A stretch of 64,000 nucleotides of DNA from Camelus dromedarius (lineage: Eukaryota). Position 1 is the first letter of the stretch. Every line of letters starts with the position of its first letter. Location of the stretch: assembly GCF_036321535.1 (NCBI RefSeq), contig NC_087437.1, forward strand, positions 24,616,001-24,680,000. The letters are read 5' to 3'. Shown here in pieces: positions 38,641-52,467 of this stretch. The notes below the pieces were generated by a model that was not told where the DNA came from, made no database searches, and saw only the letters and a program-made list of their open reading frames with translations. The position numbers and the translations under genes are program-made.

Positions 38641-39204
38641 TTTTTGGCTGTTTAGACTATTCCATCCACTTTCACCTCTCCTGCCACTTTTTGACTATTT
38701 TTTTGGGAGGGTTCCTATCTACTGTGGTCACTTTTTAGAAACTCAAGCTATTCACATGGTAGTTCTCTGCCTGTGCTTTCTAAAACTGTCATCATCATTT
38801 CTATCATTTTCATCTCTGTGTCCATATTCTCATTATTCTAGGGACGGCTTTCTTAATTTTCTTTTACATATTACTGATTCCAGTTTTTCCACATTGGTTC
38901 GGTTCTGTTTTCAGTATTTTTTATTTTGTCATTGCATCTTTTATTACCTTGTATTCAGTCCATATTGTCTTTTTTGGTTTTTTTGTTTGTTCTCTTATTA
39001 TGATCTTCTGTTTCTTTTTCATAAAGGCCACATCTTTTCCCACTTCATTTTACATTTACAAGTACAAAAAATAAAATATATTTACATACATTGACATACC
39101 TGAGAATGTCAAGCAATTTTATAAAATTTTGTCTTGTGTGCTTATAATACAGCTTTCTCTGTCTCTCTGTATCTCTCTTTATACTTACAGCAGTTTTTAA
39201 ATAT

Positions 39205-39365
39205 ATGTGCATGATTTTTTATTAATACCTGTCCTACCTATTTGACTTTAAATTTTATGCAGAAGACCCATGACTGATTTATTTTCCCTTCTATCTCCAG
39301 TGCTTCACACAGTGTTCATTACATAGAACAAGTTCAAAAAATATTTGTTGAACAAATGAATAAAT
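39205..39365 (+). mobile_element. L2 3' end
   Basis: ccagtgcttcacacagtg...aaatatttgttgaacaaatgaataaat. Confidence 0.75.
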
Positions 39366-41419
39366 AGTTTTAGAATTATCTCTCTTTCCTTTATATAATG
39401 TTTCTCAGAGACATTAGGTTGAACTTTTACATGTATTTGTTTATTAACATGGCAAGATCTAGCCACACTTAAGATTTTTACACACAGGTAACTCCTGGAC
39501 CCACTCTTGTCCATGTGAATAGCAGCTGAATTTTTTTTTTTTTCAGATTTGAAGTCAGAATGCAAGTTGACATTCTAGCAGAAATTTTCATTGTACAATT
39601 CTGCTCTCCTTAGGGTCTCTTTCTATCCCTTTTCCATTTGATCTCAACACCCTGAACTCATGGAATATATTGAAAAACTACAGATTCCAGCATGCACTGC
39701 TACCTGGCTTCTGCTTGTACACATCTCAGGATGCAATTTGCCACTGCCCATCCTTCCAGATGGTCTATAGGTGGATGTGGTGTGAAAATTGGGGGAGTAG
39801 GAATGGGGAGGAGTTTCTGTGTATGCGCATCTATAAAATAGTTTTCTGGTTAATTAAAAAGGAAGCGTCTTAAACCTGTATAGTAAAGAAATTAACACTT
39901 GGTTTCCAGGTTGCTAGAAATTGTGAGTGTCTGAATTAGAGAATAATCAATGTTCCCCTCCTTTTTAAAAGTAGTCTATATTTACTGCGATGAAGCCCAG
40001 ATTGTTAAAAAATCAAGACAGTTATATTCCTTTCATAGTTTAATTTTGATATTTGGTGTTTTTATTCAGTCTCAACTTTTAGTTATGGTGTAGGATTTGG
40101 TGTTTTTTTTTTTTTCCTGTGTATTTGAGTGGGAAGTAGGGAAACCTGTATGGGTGGTTCTTTTCTAGATGTCATTCTAAACTGAAAATTCTTAAAATCT
40201 GTTTTCAAAGACAGCTGGGTACTGTCTGAAAGCACAGTAAATTCACAGAGTCCTCCAAACCTTCTGTGCACGTGAAATGTGGCAACATCACCAGATGATG
40301 ATAAACGAAAAACCTGGAGGCTCTCAGGAATTATAATATGGAACCATTGGCCAGAATACAAGTGAGAAACTGTAAACATTCTTCATACCGAGTCTGGCTA
40401 ACTGTTAACATGACACGATTCCACCAAAAGTTCCTAAAGGGTCTGTAGTAATTGTAGACCAGGATATTTCACTTTCCTGACGGAAAGCCAACAACACTTA
40501 CAGTTAAAGGTGGGCTTTCTGAAAAAAGATCTTTGAAATCAATTATCTTTCCATCAGTGGCTTTATGGAGACAGCATAAGATACGGCTCCTTAAATGAAA
40601 TCAAGTTCGGTCAAGGCATTAAAGAACCATTCCTCCGCCAGGGCTCTGCCACGCCTGGTCTCTGCCATGGTCACAGCCTGACCTGCCCCCAGCCAGCACG
40701 GATGACATGCCTGATACCCACAGGAGGGGCCTTGAAGTCACTGTTTCTAGTCAGGAAGCAGCTAGAGTTGCTCTCTGTGACTTTCTTGGAACTTCACATG
40801 TTTATTCCTCAGTATCAGAGTTTGAAGTTCGGGAGAAGTTTTACCATGGTAAAACGCATCTATGAACTTCAGCCCGGCATGAGGATTGAAGAAGTGATGT
40901 CGCATGTTGAATCATCCTAACATTTTAAGTTAAGAGCCCTCAGCTTGGGCTACATTAATGTGTTTAATCTTCAAATAGAGTTTTGTTAAACACGTTGTGG
41001 TAGGGTGACCTGTGAAATGAGAGGCTCCTCAACCTCCAGTGAAGGATCTCATTTTCTTGGAGGAAGAGTTACTTTTCATTTTCCTCAAATCCTAACACAT
41101 TTTGGGGTGTAAGGAGACACGGTCAGCTAGTACTAATTGTGGATGGAGATGCTCTTGGGGCCTTTAACCACTGCCAGGTCTCTGTGGGATGTAGAGAGCG
41201 GTGTCAGGATGAGTCAACCAGTATTGATTTCTTTCCCAGTGAAAACCAAATGACGGTGAGATACTATATTAAGTGGTTTGCCAATCCGAGAGGGTGACTG
41301 TTTGATGGTTATTGACCTATTTGCATGCTCAGCTCTGAGTGGGAGAATGTGATCTCAGTGAGGCATCACTGTGAACAGCCAACAGGGGGCTGAATTATGT
41401 ACACAGTGCTTGCTCAGAA

Positions 41420-41685
41420 ACCAGGCAGGGCCAGGGGGAAGAGTAACTGTGGTGCCACCATTTTACAAACCAAGTAAGAGAGGCAGAAACTGGCTGAGAA
41501 ATTCCTCAGGGCACAGTACAAATTAGGGACAGAATTAGAATGAAATTCACAAGCACTGAGGTTCCAGTCTGTTGCTTAGTCACTGAATCTTTCCTCTATT
41601 CAGCCTTCAGTCATGGTTCTCCCTTTAGCCTGAAAGACAGATTTACTCTTGAAAGTGGGTGCATATAGTGTGACGGGGGAGGGAG
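41420..41685 (+). repeat. Dispersed direct duplication, copy 1 (paralog 46690-46960); partly MIR-derived
   Basis: Core 41556-41616 matches 46831-46891 at 56/61 nt. Confidence 0.85.
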
Positions 41686-42299
41686 CGGGAGCGCGAATCC
41701 AAGTGACGTTTCTAAATGTAGTGACTGTGGACACTGCCAAACTTAGGTGGTAAATATTTTATTCGTTACTTCACATTTATCTTTCTTTTAAAGAGGATAC
41801 CTACTTTCAAAAAATTTGGCATTACAGTAAAGCAAGAAAGAATAATTAAAAAATAATTGTCCCATTATCCAAAAAAAAAAATCATTTTGCTGAATTTCCT
41901 TCTCTGAGCACACACACATGCATTTTATTACATTTATTATATCCTGACTTTATCAGTCTTAAACAATGCTTTGAAATTTTAAAACGTAATTGTAATTATT
42001 GTGAAGATTGTAATTTGATGGTTAGAATTCTAAAGGAATGGCTACTACTCTGAAGTTGAACATACAAAATACGACAGAAATTCAGGGTTTGCCGTACAGT
42101 TCCACAGAGGCTTAATAAGTGTTTGTTGAACAAACAAACATATATATATATATACACAAACATATATATGTACACAGGTAATGCTTTATTATTTATATGT
42201 ATATGTGTGAACACCCATAATTGGTTCAGTTGGTTAGAAAGAGACCAGAAAAAAAATACCAAAGCCTTCAATGGGATTTCATTATCTCATAATGTTATG

Positions 42300-42520
42300 T
42301 AATAATAATAACCATTTATTATGTACTTACTGTTGTACACAGTACCATATGGATGTAAATTCTCTTTACAACAATAACCAAGAAAGAAGTGCATAATTAT
42401 CTCCATTTTACAGATGAGGAAATGGAGGTTTAGAAAGTTTAAGTGATTTACACAGGTTCACACAGCCAGTTAAGTTGCTTAATTTGAACCAGTTTACACT
42501 TAATTCCAAAGTTCTTCCAT
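42300..42520 (-). mobile_element. MIR SINE
   Basis: attatctccattttacagatgaggaaatggaggtttagaaagtttaagtgatttacacagg. Confidence 0.85.
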
Positions 42521-42799
42521 TTTCAATCAGTGCACAGGGATAAAGACAAACTTTTGTTTCTGAATCTCTATAGTTCCACAAAAGACTGGATGCAATTAAA
42601 AGACAAATGGATGAAGTTAGTCTCCTACTCAGTGACCTATCATAAGAAGTTCTGTAAATGTATTCCTCTATAAATACATGGCATAAATATCTTCTATAGA
42701 AGGAATTTAAAAAATTATCAGTAAAATAAGGCTGTAGCATTCTGAATGCTGTAGGTTGGAAATTCACCCTGTGCTAAACTATTCTGGTCTACCTGTCAC

Positions 42800-43460
42800 T
42801 TAAAAAACAGTTTTATTGTGGTATATTCGAAATACAATAAACTGCATATTTTAGAAGTGCACAACTTGGTAAGTCTGACACATGTAGATGCATATGAAAC
42901 CATCACCACATGTCCCTCACCCCACTGTTGTCATGCTTTTATGTAATGTCCCCTCTCCCCCCTGCCCCCTAGGCAACCACCGATCTGTTTTCTGTCACTA
43001 TAGATTAGATGATCTTGTATTTTCCAGAGTTTTGTATAAATGGAATTCTACGGTATGTTCTTTTTTGTTGTCTGGATTATTTCAGCATAATTATTTAAAA
43101 TTCATCCTTTCTTTTGTGTGTGTCAAAAGTCCATTTCTTTTTATTGCTGAGTCGTAGTCCATGGTATATATTTGCACGCTCCGTTTATCCATTCTCCTGT
43201 TGATAGACATTTAGGTTGCTTATAACGTTTGGCTACTACAAATAAAGCTGCTGTGACCATTCATGTTCAACTTGCCGTATGGACATACACTTTCTTTTCT
43301 CTTAGGGAAATAAGTAGGAGTGGAATGGCTGGACCATTTTATAGTGTACACGTAACTTTTTGTGAAATTACCGGATGGTTTAACCAAGTTGTGCCACTTT
43401 ATGTTCCCACCAGTAGTGCACGAGAGCTCCAGTCCTCCATACTCCCCTCACATGTGGAAA
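42800..43460 (-). mobile_element. L1 (L1MB-type) 3' fragment
   Basis: ccctaggcaaccac-gatctgttttctgtcactatagattag...tgatagacatttaggttg...ggagtggaatggctgg. Confidence 0.85.
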
Positions 43461-44109
43461 GGCCAGCTTTCACACTGGAGCCATTCTGATCTACCTGTCA
43501 TTTTAAAACAAGTTAAGCAATCTTTTTTTTTTTTTTTGGTGGTGCAAATATTCAAACCAGGGTAATATTAGGCAAAAAATGTCAAAAGGACAAAGCCTTC
43601 CTTGATCACATTAGATAGCGTTGTCATTTTTTAATATTTGATGATGTCATGAACACTTATATTTCAGAGTTTTCCACCTAAAATGACAGTTCCTAGGGTG
43701 GAGAAGATGTTATTTATGGGTCTTTTTTATGGTTTTCCTGAAGATTTATAACATTCATATACAGTTCTTGTGTATTTTTGTTACACTAGCTTGTTTCTTG
43801 TTATTGTGAATTTAATTTTTAACATAATATTTGTATATTTTAAAAACATTCTTGATTGTTTATAGGAACAATGTCTTAGTCTTATTCAACCTCTTTGATA
43901 AAGTCATCTCTTTCTCTTGGTTTATCTATGAGTTCATTTACATTTTCTATGTAGGTAAACATTTTGTCTGCAAATGGCATATTTTGTCATCTTTTCCAAT
44001 CTTATACTTCTGATTTCTCTTTGTATTGCATTAAAATTAAATGCTTTTTCAAAGTGACAGATTATTAAGGTTCTCTCCCTACTGTTTCTTTTTGGATCAA
44101 ACCGGCATA

Positions 44110-44290
44110 TAGTATGGTGCCTTTTGAGGACGTGAATTCTAGTCTGTTCTACTTATTATGTGTAAACTTGAGCAAGTAATTTGTTGAACTGAGTCTCAGT
44201 TTCCTTGTCTGAGAATAGGGATAACAAAAATATTTGAAAACATAATTTAATGGGATGTTGTGAAGATCAAATGAAATAAAATATGCAAAA
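44110..44290 (+). mobile_element. MIR SINE
   Basis: aacttgagcaagtaa...ctgagtctcagtttccttgtctg...gttgtgaagatcaaatga. Confidence 0.75.
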
Positions 44291-46689
44291 TAAATTTTTA
44301 GGCGCTGAATGGACATGCAGAGATTAAATTAAATGCCTGTTATAGAGGCACCATTGCATCTATTTGGGGTTGTTTTAAGGGAGCTATTTTATCCTTAAAT
44401 AACCTTATAAATAGTCAACAACTTGTTAAGAACTTCTCTTTTTAAACAGTGATTGGTTCAGAGCCAACTATTGAAAATTTAGCATGACAAATAAATCTAA
44501 ATAATGAGGAAATCATTAGTTTTGTGTTTTTGGAGAAAATTTGAGAAAAAGCAAACCACATTAATAATAGGTTTGGGCATAAATGCTTTTGAGAATAAGA
44601 CATTGTCTTAGTTCAGAAATTAGATCATATAAAACCCTGAAATATGACATTTGGTCACTCTAAATGACATATTTTGAACGCAATAATCATCATTACACTT
44701 ATCTTTTGGTAGTCTGTGGGAGGTCTGCTCACAACTAGATGACATATTTTAAAGTAATTTTCCTTTTTTATAAGGAAAAATATATATGAGAAACATGTAT
44801 AGCCACATACTCTAAGCTAAATGGACCAGTTAATACTGAATTCCTCATAAAACTGGCCATCAAGAAATTGTTCTGACCTTTGACGTAAGAGTTTCATTCT
44901 GATCGTTGAACATTCACTCTTGTTGATCAAAGGCGAACCAGTTATCAAAAGAAGAAAGAAAAATAGGTCAAAAGGTGAAAAACAAAATGAGGAATAAACT
45001 AAAAGAAAGTATCTCTCATTCCCAGATCACTAGTTAATCATGTGGTTTTTAAAAAACATATTTAAAATGTTTTAGTCACGGTAAGATACCATGGGTCATA
45101 CTAGTTTTCACCATTTTAGACTCATGAACAGAATTTATGGTGATCTGTATATTAGCCAATAGTTTTAAAATATGACAGTCAAATGGAAGGCATACTTTGC
45201 AAAAATGGAAAAGGTAATCTTGAATCTAATCAGAATTTATAAGTTAGCATTATTTCAATTGCTGCTATATGTTCATGCAACGTGGATGAAATAACTGAAT
45301 GCTAACTTTAAAAATTATGTACATGTATCTAATGTCATAGTGAATTCTGTTCAAGCAAGTAGCACAGAGTTCAGATTCTGAGGGCTAGAAATTCTAAGTT
45401 TGAGCTACTTCTGACTTCTTCAAAGTGTGTATGAAAGAGTGTGTTGTGGGAGGAGGAGAGGAGAAAGGGGATATGGAGCAGGTGTCCTAATGGGGGCGTC
45501 ACAGATCACAGAGAAGGGTACGGCTGCTAGCTGTGCTGTCCTGAGTTGGAGCTACGGGGAATGGTCCTGGCTTGCATGTTGACCATTAAGCCTTCTAGAT
45601 TAGTGGTTAGATTGGAGCTAGTTGCTGAACAATGTTATGTCAGGAGAATCTTAAACAAAGCATCACGATAAGCAAACTATGGAATTTTGTATATCCTCAA
45701 CCTCCTCTGTTATTTTTCCAATTTTTGTCACCCGACTTTTCTTAGTCTTTCATGCACCTCATTTCTGCCATTCATTGGCTTTCGTTGCCGTCTCCCACTC
45801 TTTGATGACGTCTGCACAGAGTACAAGATTTCTTTCTCTACTCTGCATTCTCTTCTCTGTTTCTGTGCTTGGCTCATACAATCGTGGATTCAGATTTCCT
45901 GAATCACTTCAATTTTGCTGAGTTAAATCCTCAGTTCATTTCAGCCATGGGTCAACCACCATCCTGTCTTAGATCATGCCAACATTTTGAACATCTGAAC
46001 ATCTTAGACTAACAAATCCCCTCATAATTTCCTTGATTCATATCTTTCACTCCTTTACTTTACTACCATCCTACACCTTCTGAAAGTGTCCTCCCCCTCA
46101 TTATGACTTTTGATCCTTTGATTTCTTAGTTGTCTCAGTATATTTCCTGCTGTGTGTCTTAGCTTGTAAAGTTCTTTCTGTCCAGAATATTATCCACCTA
46201 TTGAAATACTCTTCATCATCCAAAGATCATTTTAATGTCATTTGCCTGAAGCATTCTTTTGATCTCTTCAGTGACAATTGAAAAAAATTTACATTTATAA
46301 GGTGCTTTCTCCTGCAATACTTGATTTTATGATCAGCTTTGTGAGTTCTGCTGTTATTTCACCCATTTTCAGGTGGCAGAATCGGATCTACAGATGAGGT
46401 TTTATTCCTTGTTCAGCGCTCTTTCTGCTAAGCCAGTCTGCCAGAAGCAAATCCTTAGAATTTGTTTAGTGTATCATTTGCATCATTCAATGACACTTAA
46501 CTTATAGTGGTTTATTTTTATATGTGTAAGAGTGTCGGCTTCTATTTTTTAAGCTCTGGATAATGTCTTCATTTCCTTTAGAGTCCCAAAGAGACTGCCC
46601 CAGTGCTTTAAACATGGAAGATGCTCAATATATATTTGTTGAATAGATGAACAAATTAATTAAAGGACACTACAAAAGACAGAGTGTTG

Positions 46690-46960
46690 GAAGCCAGAGC
46701 CAGGATGTGGAGCAACATACTGGCACAATACTATTTTGTAAGTAAAACAATTGAGGCTTAAAGAGGGCAAAAGGTTTCTTGGGGTCACGTCACAAATTAG
46801 GAGCAGAATTAAAAAGAAAACGCAGAGGCCCTGAGGTTCCACTCTGCTGCTTAGTCACTGAATCTTTCTTCTTTTCAGCTTTCAGTCATGGCTCTCTCTC
46901 TAGATTGAAAGAAAGATTCGCTTATGGAAAATGGTGCATATGGTGTGACGGGGAATGAGA
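46690..46960 (+). repeat. Dispersed direct duplication, copy 2 (paralog 41420-41685)
   Basis: See copy 1; offset 5275 bp. Confidence 0.85.
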
Positions 46961-48389
46961 GTCTGGCCCCACGACATTTCCATACACTCTTAACAAGATC
47001 AGCTGTGTTTAGCATCTTTCTTTATCAGTTTTGTCCACTTCATGATCTTTCAGGTTTGAACGTGCTCTTTACTTCCGTTGATTCCCGTAAATATGGGATG
47101 TTATGAAGATTAGTGATGCAAAACACATAAAATCTTGCAAAGCTCTGCAGAAGAAAGGTATTACACAAATACAAAGCATGATTATTTCTGCCACTAGCAA
47201 CAAGACGAGGCTTACCAACACATAGTGCACAGGCTGCTGCGCCATCAGCAGAAGATATATGTCTTCTTTTCCTCTATGTGGATTAAAGTGGAAAAGCTTT
47301 CCTTTGGGATATTTGGACCATTTACTCTATTTAAGTTTTTTTTGGGGGGCGGTGGGAGAAGGGAGTGGTGGTGGTAGAGGGAGAGGGTTAGAAACAAAAT
47401 TAATTTCAGATGAAAACATGCACGGAGTGCCCAACAGGAAAACTAATATAAGGAAGTAAATACAAAAATAATATTTACCTGTAAAAAAATACAGACTTGT
47501 TTGTCCCTCACTTGCTTTTCTTGTGATGCTGGATTTATTCTGAAACAAAATATTATCAAACACATTGAATTCAATTGGACTTAGAAGAAAAATCAGTTGT
47601 GAATTCTCTGGGGGGAACCCCCTGTATCAATGGAGAAATGATAAAATTTAGAGTTGATTATAAGAAACACTATTTGATGAAAAAAGTTTTGTATGAAATC
47701 AATGTTATTACTGGATTTGTTGTGAGTTACACTTCTCACGTCTGGAAGGGATGTAATTCCATGACTTAATGCTCAGATGATAGTATTCAGCAGTGGAAAA
47801 CAGAGATCACCTTTGTTCTACTTTTGTTTAGTGTGTGTGTTGATATTTTGGCATTTTATATCCACAGTGGAAAAGATATCCTTCCACAGTCTGATGACCT
47901 GGTTTGATGGCTGCGTAAGGCAAATGACCATAGAATTTACTGCCAGAAAGATTGACTCAACATTAACTAGGAAAAGTGAAACTCATTATCTGACAAAGAC
48001 GTGCTCCTAAAATTAGAACAGTGAGCACTAAATGTCTGTATATATCTGGTCCATGTGTTCAATGATCTGGGCATATATTTGCAGCTAACTAATTCTGGCA
48101 TGCTCATGGGAAAGGAAGCTAAGTGGCTTAGCATCACCTAAGCCTTGGAATTTTTACTGAGACTTTTCTGTGGCCAGTGTGAGCAATGGAAAGTGTCTGC
48201 TTTGTACAGTTTCCACGTCGATATTGGACTAATTCTGTGGTGTGGAAATATGGAATCTCAGTTGAATACTTGTCTAATTCCTGAAGGGATTACGAGTTGC
48301 TCCTGGTGTAAGGGAGTCCTGGCTTTGCTCCCTCCCCTTGATTAGGCAGGTGGTTCTTTGGTAGAATGAGAATCCTGGAGAGACCTTTC

Positions 48390-49073
48390 TTTCTTTTTTT
48401 CTTTCTTTCTTTTTTCTTTTTGGTATATATAAATTTTTATTGAAGTAAAGTCAGTTTACAACGTTGTGTCAACTTACACAATGCTTCAGTCATACATGAA
48501 CATATATATTTGTTTTCATATTCTTCACAGTAAGTTACTACAAGATATTGAATATAGTTCCCTGTGCTGTCCAGTATGAACTTGTTGTTTATCTATTTTA
48601 TATATATTAGTTGATATCTGCAAATCTTGAACTCCCAATTTATTACTTCTTCCCCTGGTAAGCATAGGTTTCTTTTCAATGTCTGTGAGTCTGTTTCTGT
48701 TTTGTAAATAAGTTCGTCTTTTTTTTTTTTTTTAGATTCCACATATAAGTGATATCATATGGTATTTTTCTTTCTCTTTCTAGTTTACTTCACTTAGAAT
48801 GACAATCTCCAGGTCCATCCATGTTGCTGCAAATGACATTATTCTATTCTTTTATATGGCTGTGTAGTATTCCATTGTATCAGTATACTGCAACTTCTTT
48901 ATCTAGTCATCTGTTGATGGACATTTAGGTTGTTTCCATGTCTTGGCTATTGTAAATAGTGCTGCTATGAACACTGGGGTGCCTGTATCTCTTTGAATTA
49001 AGCTTCCCTCTGGATATATGCCCAGGAGTAGGATTGCTGGATCATATGGTAAGTCTATTTTCAGTCTTTAGAG
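48390..49073 (-). mobile_element. 5'-truncated L1 (ORF2 C-terminus, 3'UTR, polyA) with ~20-bp TSD
   Basis: Reverse strand encodes MSFAATWMDLEIVILSEV (L1 ORF2 end). T-rich tail at 48390-48421. TSD gaatcctggagagacctttc (48370) / gaatcctgtagaggcttttc (49074). Confidence 0.92.
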
Positions 49074-50949
49074 GAATCCTGTAGAGGCTTTTCAAGCATC
49101 ATAAACATTGTAACTGTTTTGTCTGCTCATCTGAAATCCAATGTCCCTTATTTTTCTGCAGCAAGTAATGTCTCCTCCAGGGCATGTGTGATGATTTTAT
49201 TTCTGCCTCTATTTCTCAACTGTATATTTCTGCTAAGGAAACTCGGGCTCTGGGAAGTGAAATAAGTTGTTCAAGATGAAATGGATTGTCAAGTCTGAAT
49301 GTCCTTTTGATTCCAAAGCCTGTGATCCTTTCCCTGTGTACTATATTCCCTGTGTACCAGAGTCTGAGTGTGAGGTGTGATTTTTTGAGAGACATTAGTC
49401 CAGGGGCCTGAAATGGATCAACTTCTGTGGATACTCGTATGTTTTATCATTGGGTACAATTTGAAGCCAGAGTGGCAATAATATTTACCCACATTAACTT
49501 AGACCTGGTGGCGTCACTCTCCCTGGCTTCAGCTTTTATTGAAAGAGATCACAAAAAAAGCAGCAACATTAGTCCATTTCTTTCTCTGAGGTCCCAGATT
49601 AAATTTCATAGGAGAATTTATCCTAGAATTTAGAAACTGTTATAATTGTCTTCTGTGAGGAATTGAAACACTTTCTACTTAATAAAAATTACACAACTTT
49701 ATAAGTTTCTTTTTTGCACTGGCTGCTATAAAGCTCAGTGTTAAATTTGATAGTTCTTCATATGAATCAAATAATGTTTTGGGCTAAAATATTTAGTTTT
49801 TCTCTTCTCGGTTCTGTTTTTCTAATTTATTAAGTATATTTGCATGTTATTCAGTTCAACCATCTCAATTCATGTCAATAAATAAGAGTAAATACCTTTA
49901 TAAAGAGAACCTTTTATCTTCTTATGCTCTCTTAAAGAGATATTATATGCTGTACAGTGTGTCCTTTTATAGAAGAGGATCTGAATTCTAGGTAAATATT
50001 CTACAGAGAATAATTATGTTGAAGATAAAGAAACCAATTAAACTCATCCAATACTTTTTGAGTACAGACTATGTGTTAGGCACCACGGGATATTATGAGC
50101 ATCAATATAAATGTAAACGTGGCATCTGACTTCCCTGGTCACAAACTAGAAAACAAAAAAATTGGTACAGTATGTAATTAATTTGATAAAAAAAAAAGAA
50201 CTTTAAGAAAGTGAAAAGCCTCTAGAATATTATATATTATGACAGTGACATGTTAAAACTTGAAATCACCCAAGATAGTAACTTACAGCTTTTATTCTTG
50301 AAACTAAATAGGATTACCTCAGCAGTGTATTCTAGGTATGATTAGCCTTGTTTTCTAACGCTCCTTATACTGAACTTTTTATTCACTGCAACACATGTCA
50401 TGGTGTTGTTCCAGGAACAACATACTATGCACAGGCAGTTGCATGATATTGTCATCTGTGGATTATGTATCTTTTCTGGTTTATCAGCCCAACCTCCTTC
50501 ATTCAAGAAAGCAGATTGGAATGCAAGTGAGGGTGACATTGGTTTAAGGACAATCTTGCATCTGCTTTCATTTATATGATAAGTGAATTATTTACAGACC
50601 ACAGCCTAATTGTGACTACAGTGAGTCAAGAGAATTGCTATGCCACACCAAAACAGGCTCAAAATTAAAAGGTTTTAATTTTGCTCCAGTTTCAAAGTCT
50701 TGGTACTTTACAGATATGAAAAAAATATTTGATCACTATCTTTCTTAGGGAGTCTTTGCTTCTCTAAACTTAATTGTTTTAATTCCTTTAAACCATTCTT
50801 TGTGACTTACTTTTGTTGCTAAGCAACTCCATGCCTAGCTGTGTGTTAGTAATAAATAGAAGACAAGAATCTACTAGCAACTATGGACTTGTGAGCTTTC
50901 CTTCTAAACTGGCCATACTGATCACCTGCACAATCAATTCATTAAATTC

Positions 50950-52042
50950 TAGGTCTTGTTTTTGCTTTTGTTGCCCATTGCTTTTGATGTCATATCAAAA
51001 AAAAGTCATTTTTTTGACTATTTTATTTTACATTTTTTAATTGAGTTATAGTCATTTTACAATGTTGTGTCAAATTCCAGTGTAGAGCACAATTTTTCAG
51101 TTACACATGAACATACATATATTCATTGTCACATTTTCTTTTGCTGTGAGCTACCACAAGATCTTGTATATATTTCCCTGTGCTATACTGTATAATCTTG
51201 TTTATAAATGTCATTGTTAAGATCAGTGTCAAAGAGATTTCCCCCTATGTTTTCTTCTGGAAGTTTTACAGTTTTGGGTCTTGTGTTTAAGTCTTTAATC
51301 CATTCTGAGTCAATTTTTGTATATGGTGTAGGAGTTCAGTTCTATCCTTTGGCATGTGGATATTCACTTTTCCCAACATCATTTCCTGAAGAGACTATTC
51401 TTCTCTACTGTGTATTCTGGGCACCCTTGCCATAGATTAGTTAATGCTATTTCTGTGTGTTTATTTCTGGGCCTCCTATTCTGTTCCACTTGTCTGTTTG
51501 CTTTTATGTCAGTACCATACTATTTTGATTACTAAAGCTTTGTAATATAGTTTAAAATCAGGATTATGATGTCATTAGCTTTGTTCTTTTCTCAAGATTG
51601 CTTTGGTTATTCAGGGCCTTTTGTTGTTCCATATGAATTTTAGAATAGCCTTCTCTATTCCTGTAAAAAAAGCCACAGTGCCTTTGGAATTTTGATAAGG
51701 ATTACTTTGAATCTGTAGTTAGCTTTCAGTAGTATGGACATTTTCACAGTATTAATTTTTCCAATATAAGAACATAGGATGTATTTCCATTTATTTGTGT
51801 TTTCTTCAATTACTTTCATCCCTGTTTTATAGTTTTCAATGTACAGATCTTTCACCTTTTTGGTTAAATTTATTCCTAATTTAACTCCTGATGCTATTGT
51901 AAGTGGAGTTGTTTTCTTAATTTCTTTTTTGAATAGTTTGTTGTTAGTGTATAGAAAAGCAACTGATATTTATATATTGATTTTGTATCCTGCAACTTTA
52001 CTGAATTCATTTATTAGTTTTAACAGTTTCTTGGTGGAGTCT
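50950..52042 (-). mobile_element. Older L1 ORF2 fragment, interrupted at 51011-51205
   Basis: ORF 51655-51855 ([34 protein letters not shown]...) is recognisable decayed L1 ORF2p. Confidence 0.92.
51011..51205 (-). mobile_element. Young L1 3'UTR fragment nested in the older L1
   Basis: Near-identical to 56016-56190; TSD aaaagtcatt (51001) / aaatgtcatt (51206). Confidence 0.88.
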
Positions 52043-52467
52043 AACTGGTTAGATATGAATATTCCTGGACCCTAACATCCATCCATCTACTAAATCAGAT
52101 TTCAGTTTAACAAGATTTGTAGGTGATTTGTATGCACATTGAAATCTGCAAAGCATTCATTCAGACCACTCTGCAGGCTGATGCTGACTGGTTTTAGCAA
52201 TAATTTCAGAAATATGAAAGAGCAACTAATTCAACATTTAGATTGACTGGTTCTCTAGTTTTATTTATCCTAAATTTTATGAACAAAGTAGGTCAAAATT
52301 TTCAAACTGGGTTTTTAAAAACATTTAATTTTGTTAAATACAAAATGGCCTCATAATTTACTTTAAACATGTAACAGCTAAAAAAATCTCTATAAATTTA
52401 CACATGCAGTCTGCTTGTATATCTGTAGGCAAAAAGACCATTGAGTAGATACATGATTAATGTAATA

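Noticed and set aside
38576..39094. 172-aa hydrophobic ORF
   Set aside because: The F/L/S-rich product comes from T-rich decayed repeat sequence and starts at a non-ATG codon.
41379..41393. CTCF-like CCAACAGGGGGCTGA (and CCTGTAGGTGGAAG near 60110)
   Set aside because: Mismatches at core positions; not supportable without ChIP data.
49330..49357. 12-bp direct repeat ttccctgtgtac separated by tata
   Set aside because: Small slippage duplication at a MIR end, with no evidence of function.
51208..52075. ORFs with L1 ORF2 similarity
   Set aside because: Fragmented, interrupted fossil, not an active gene.
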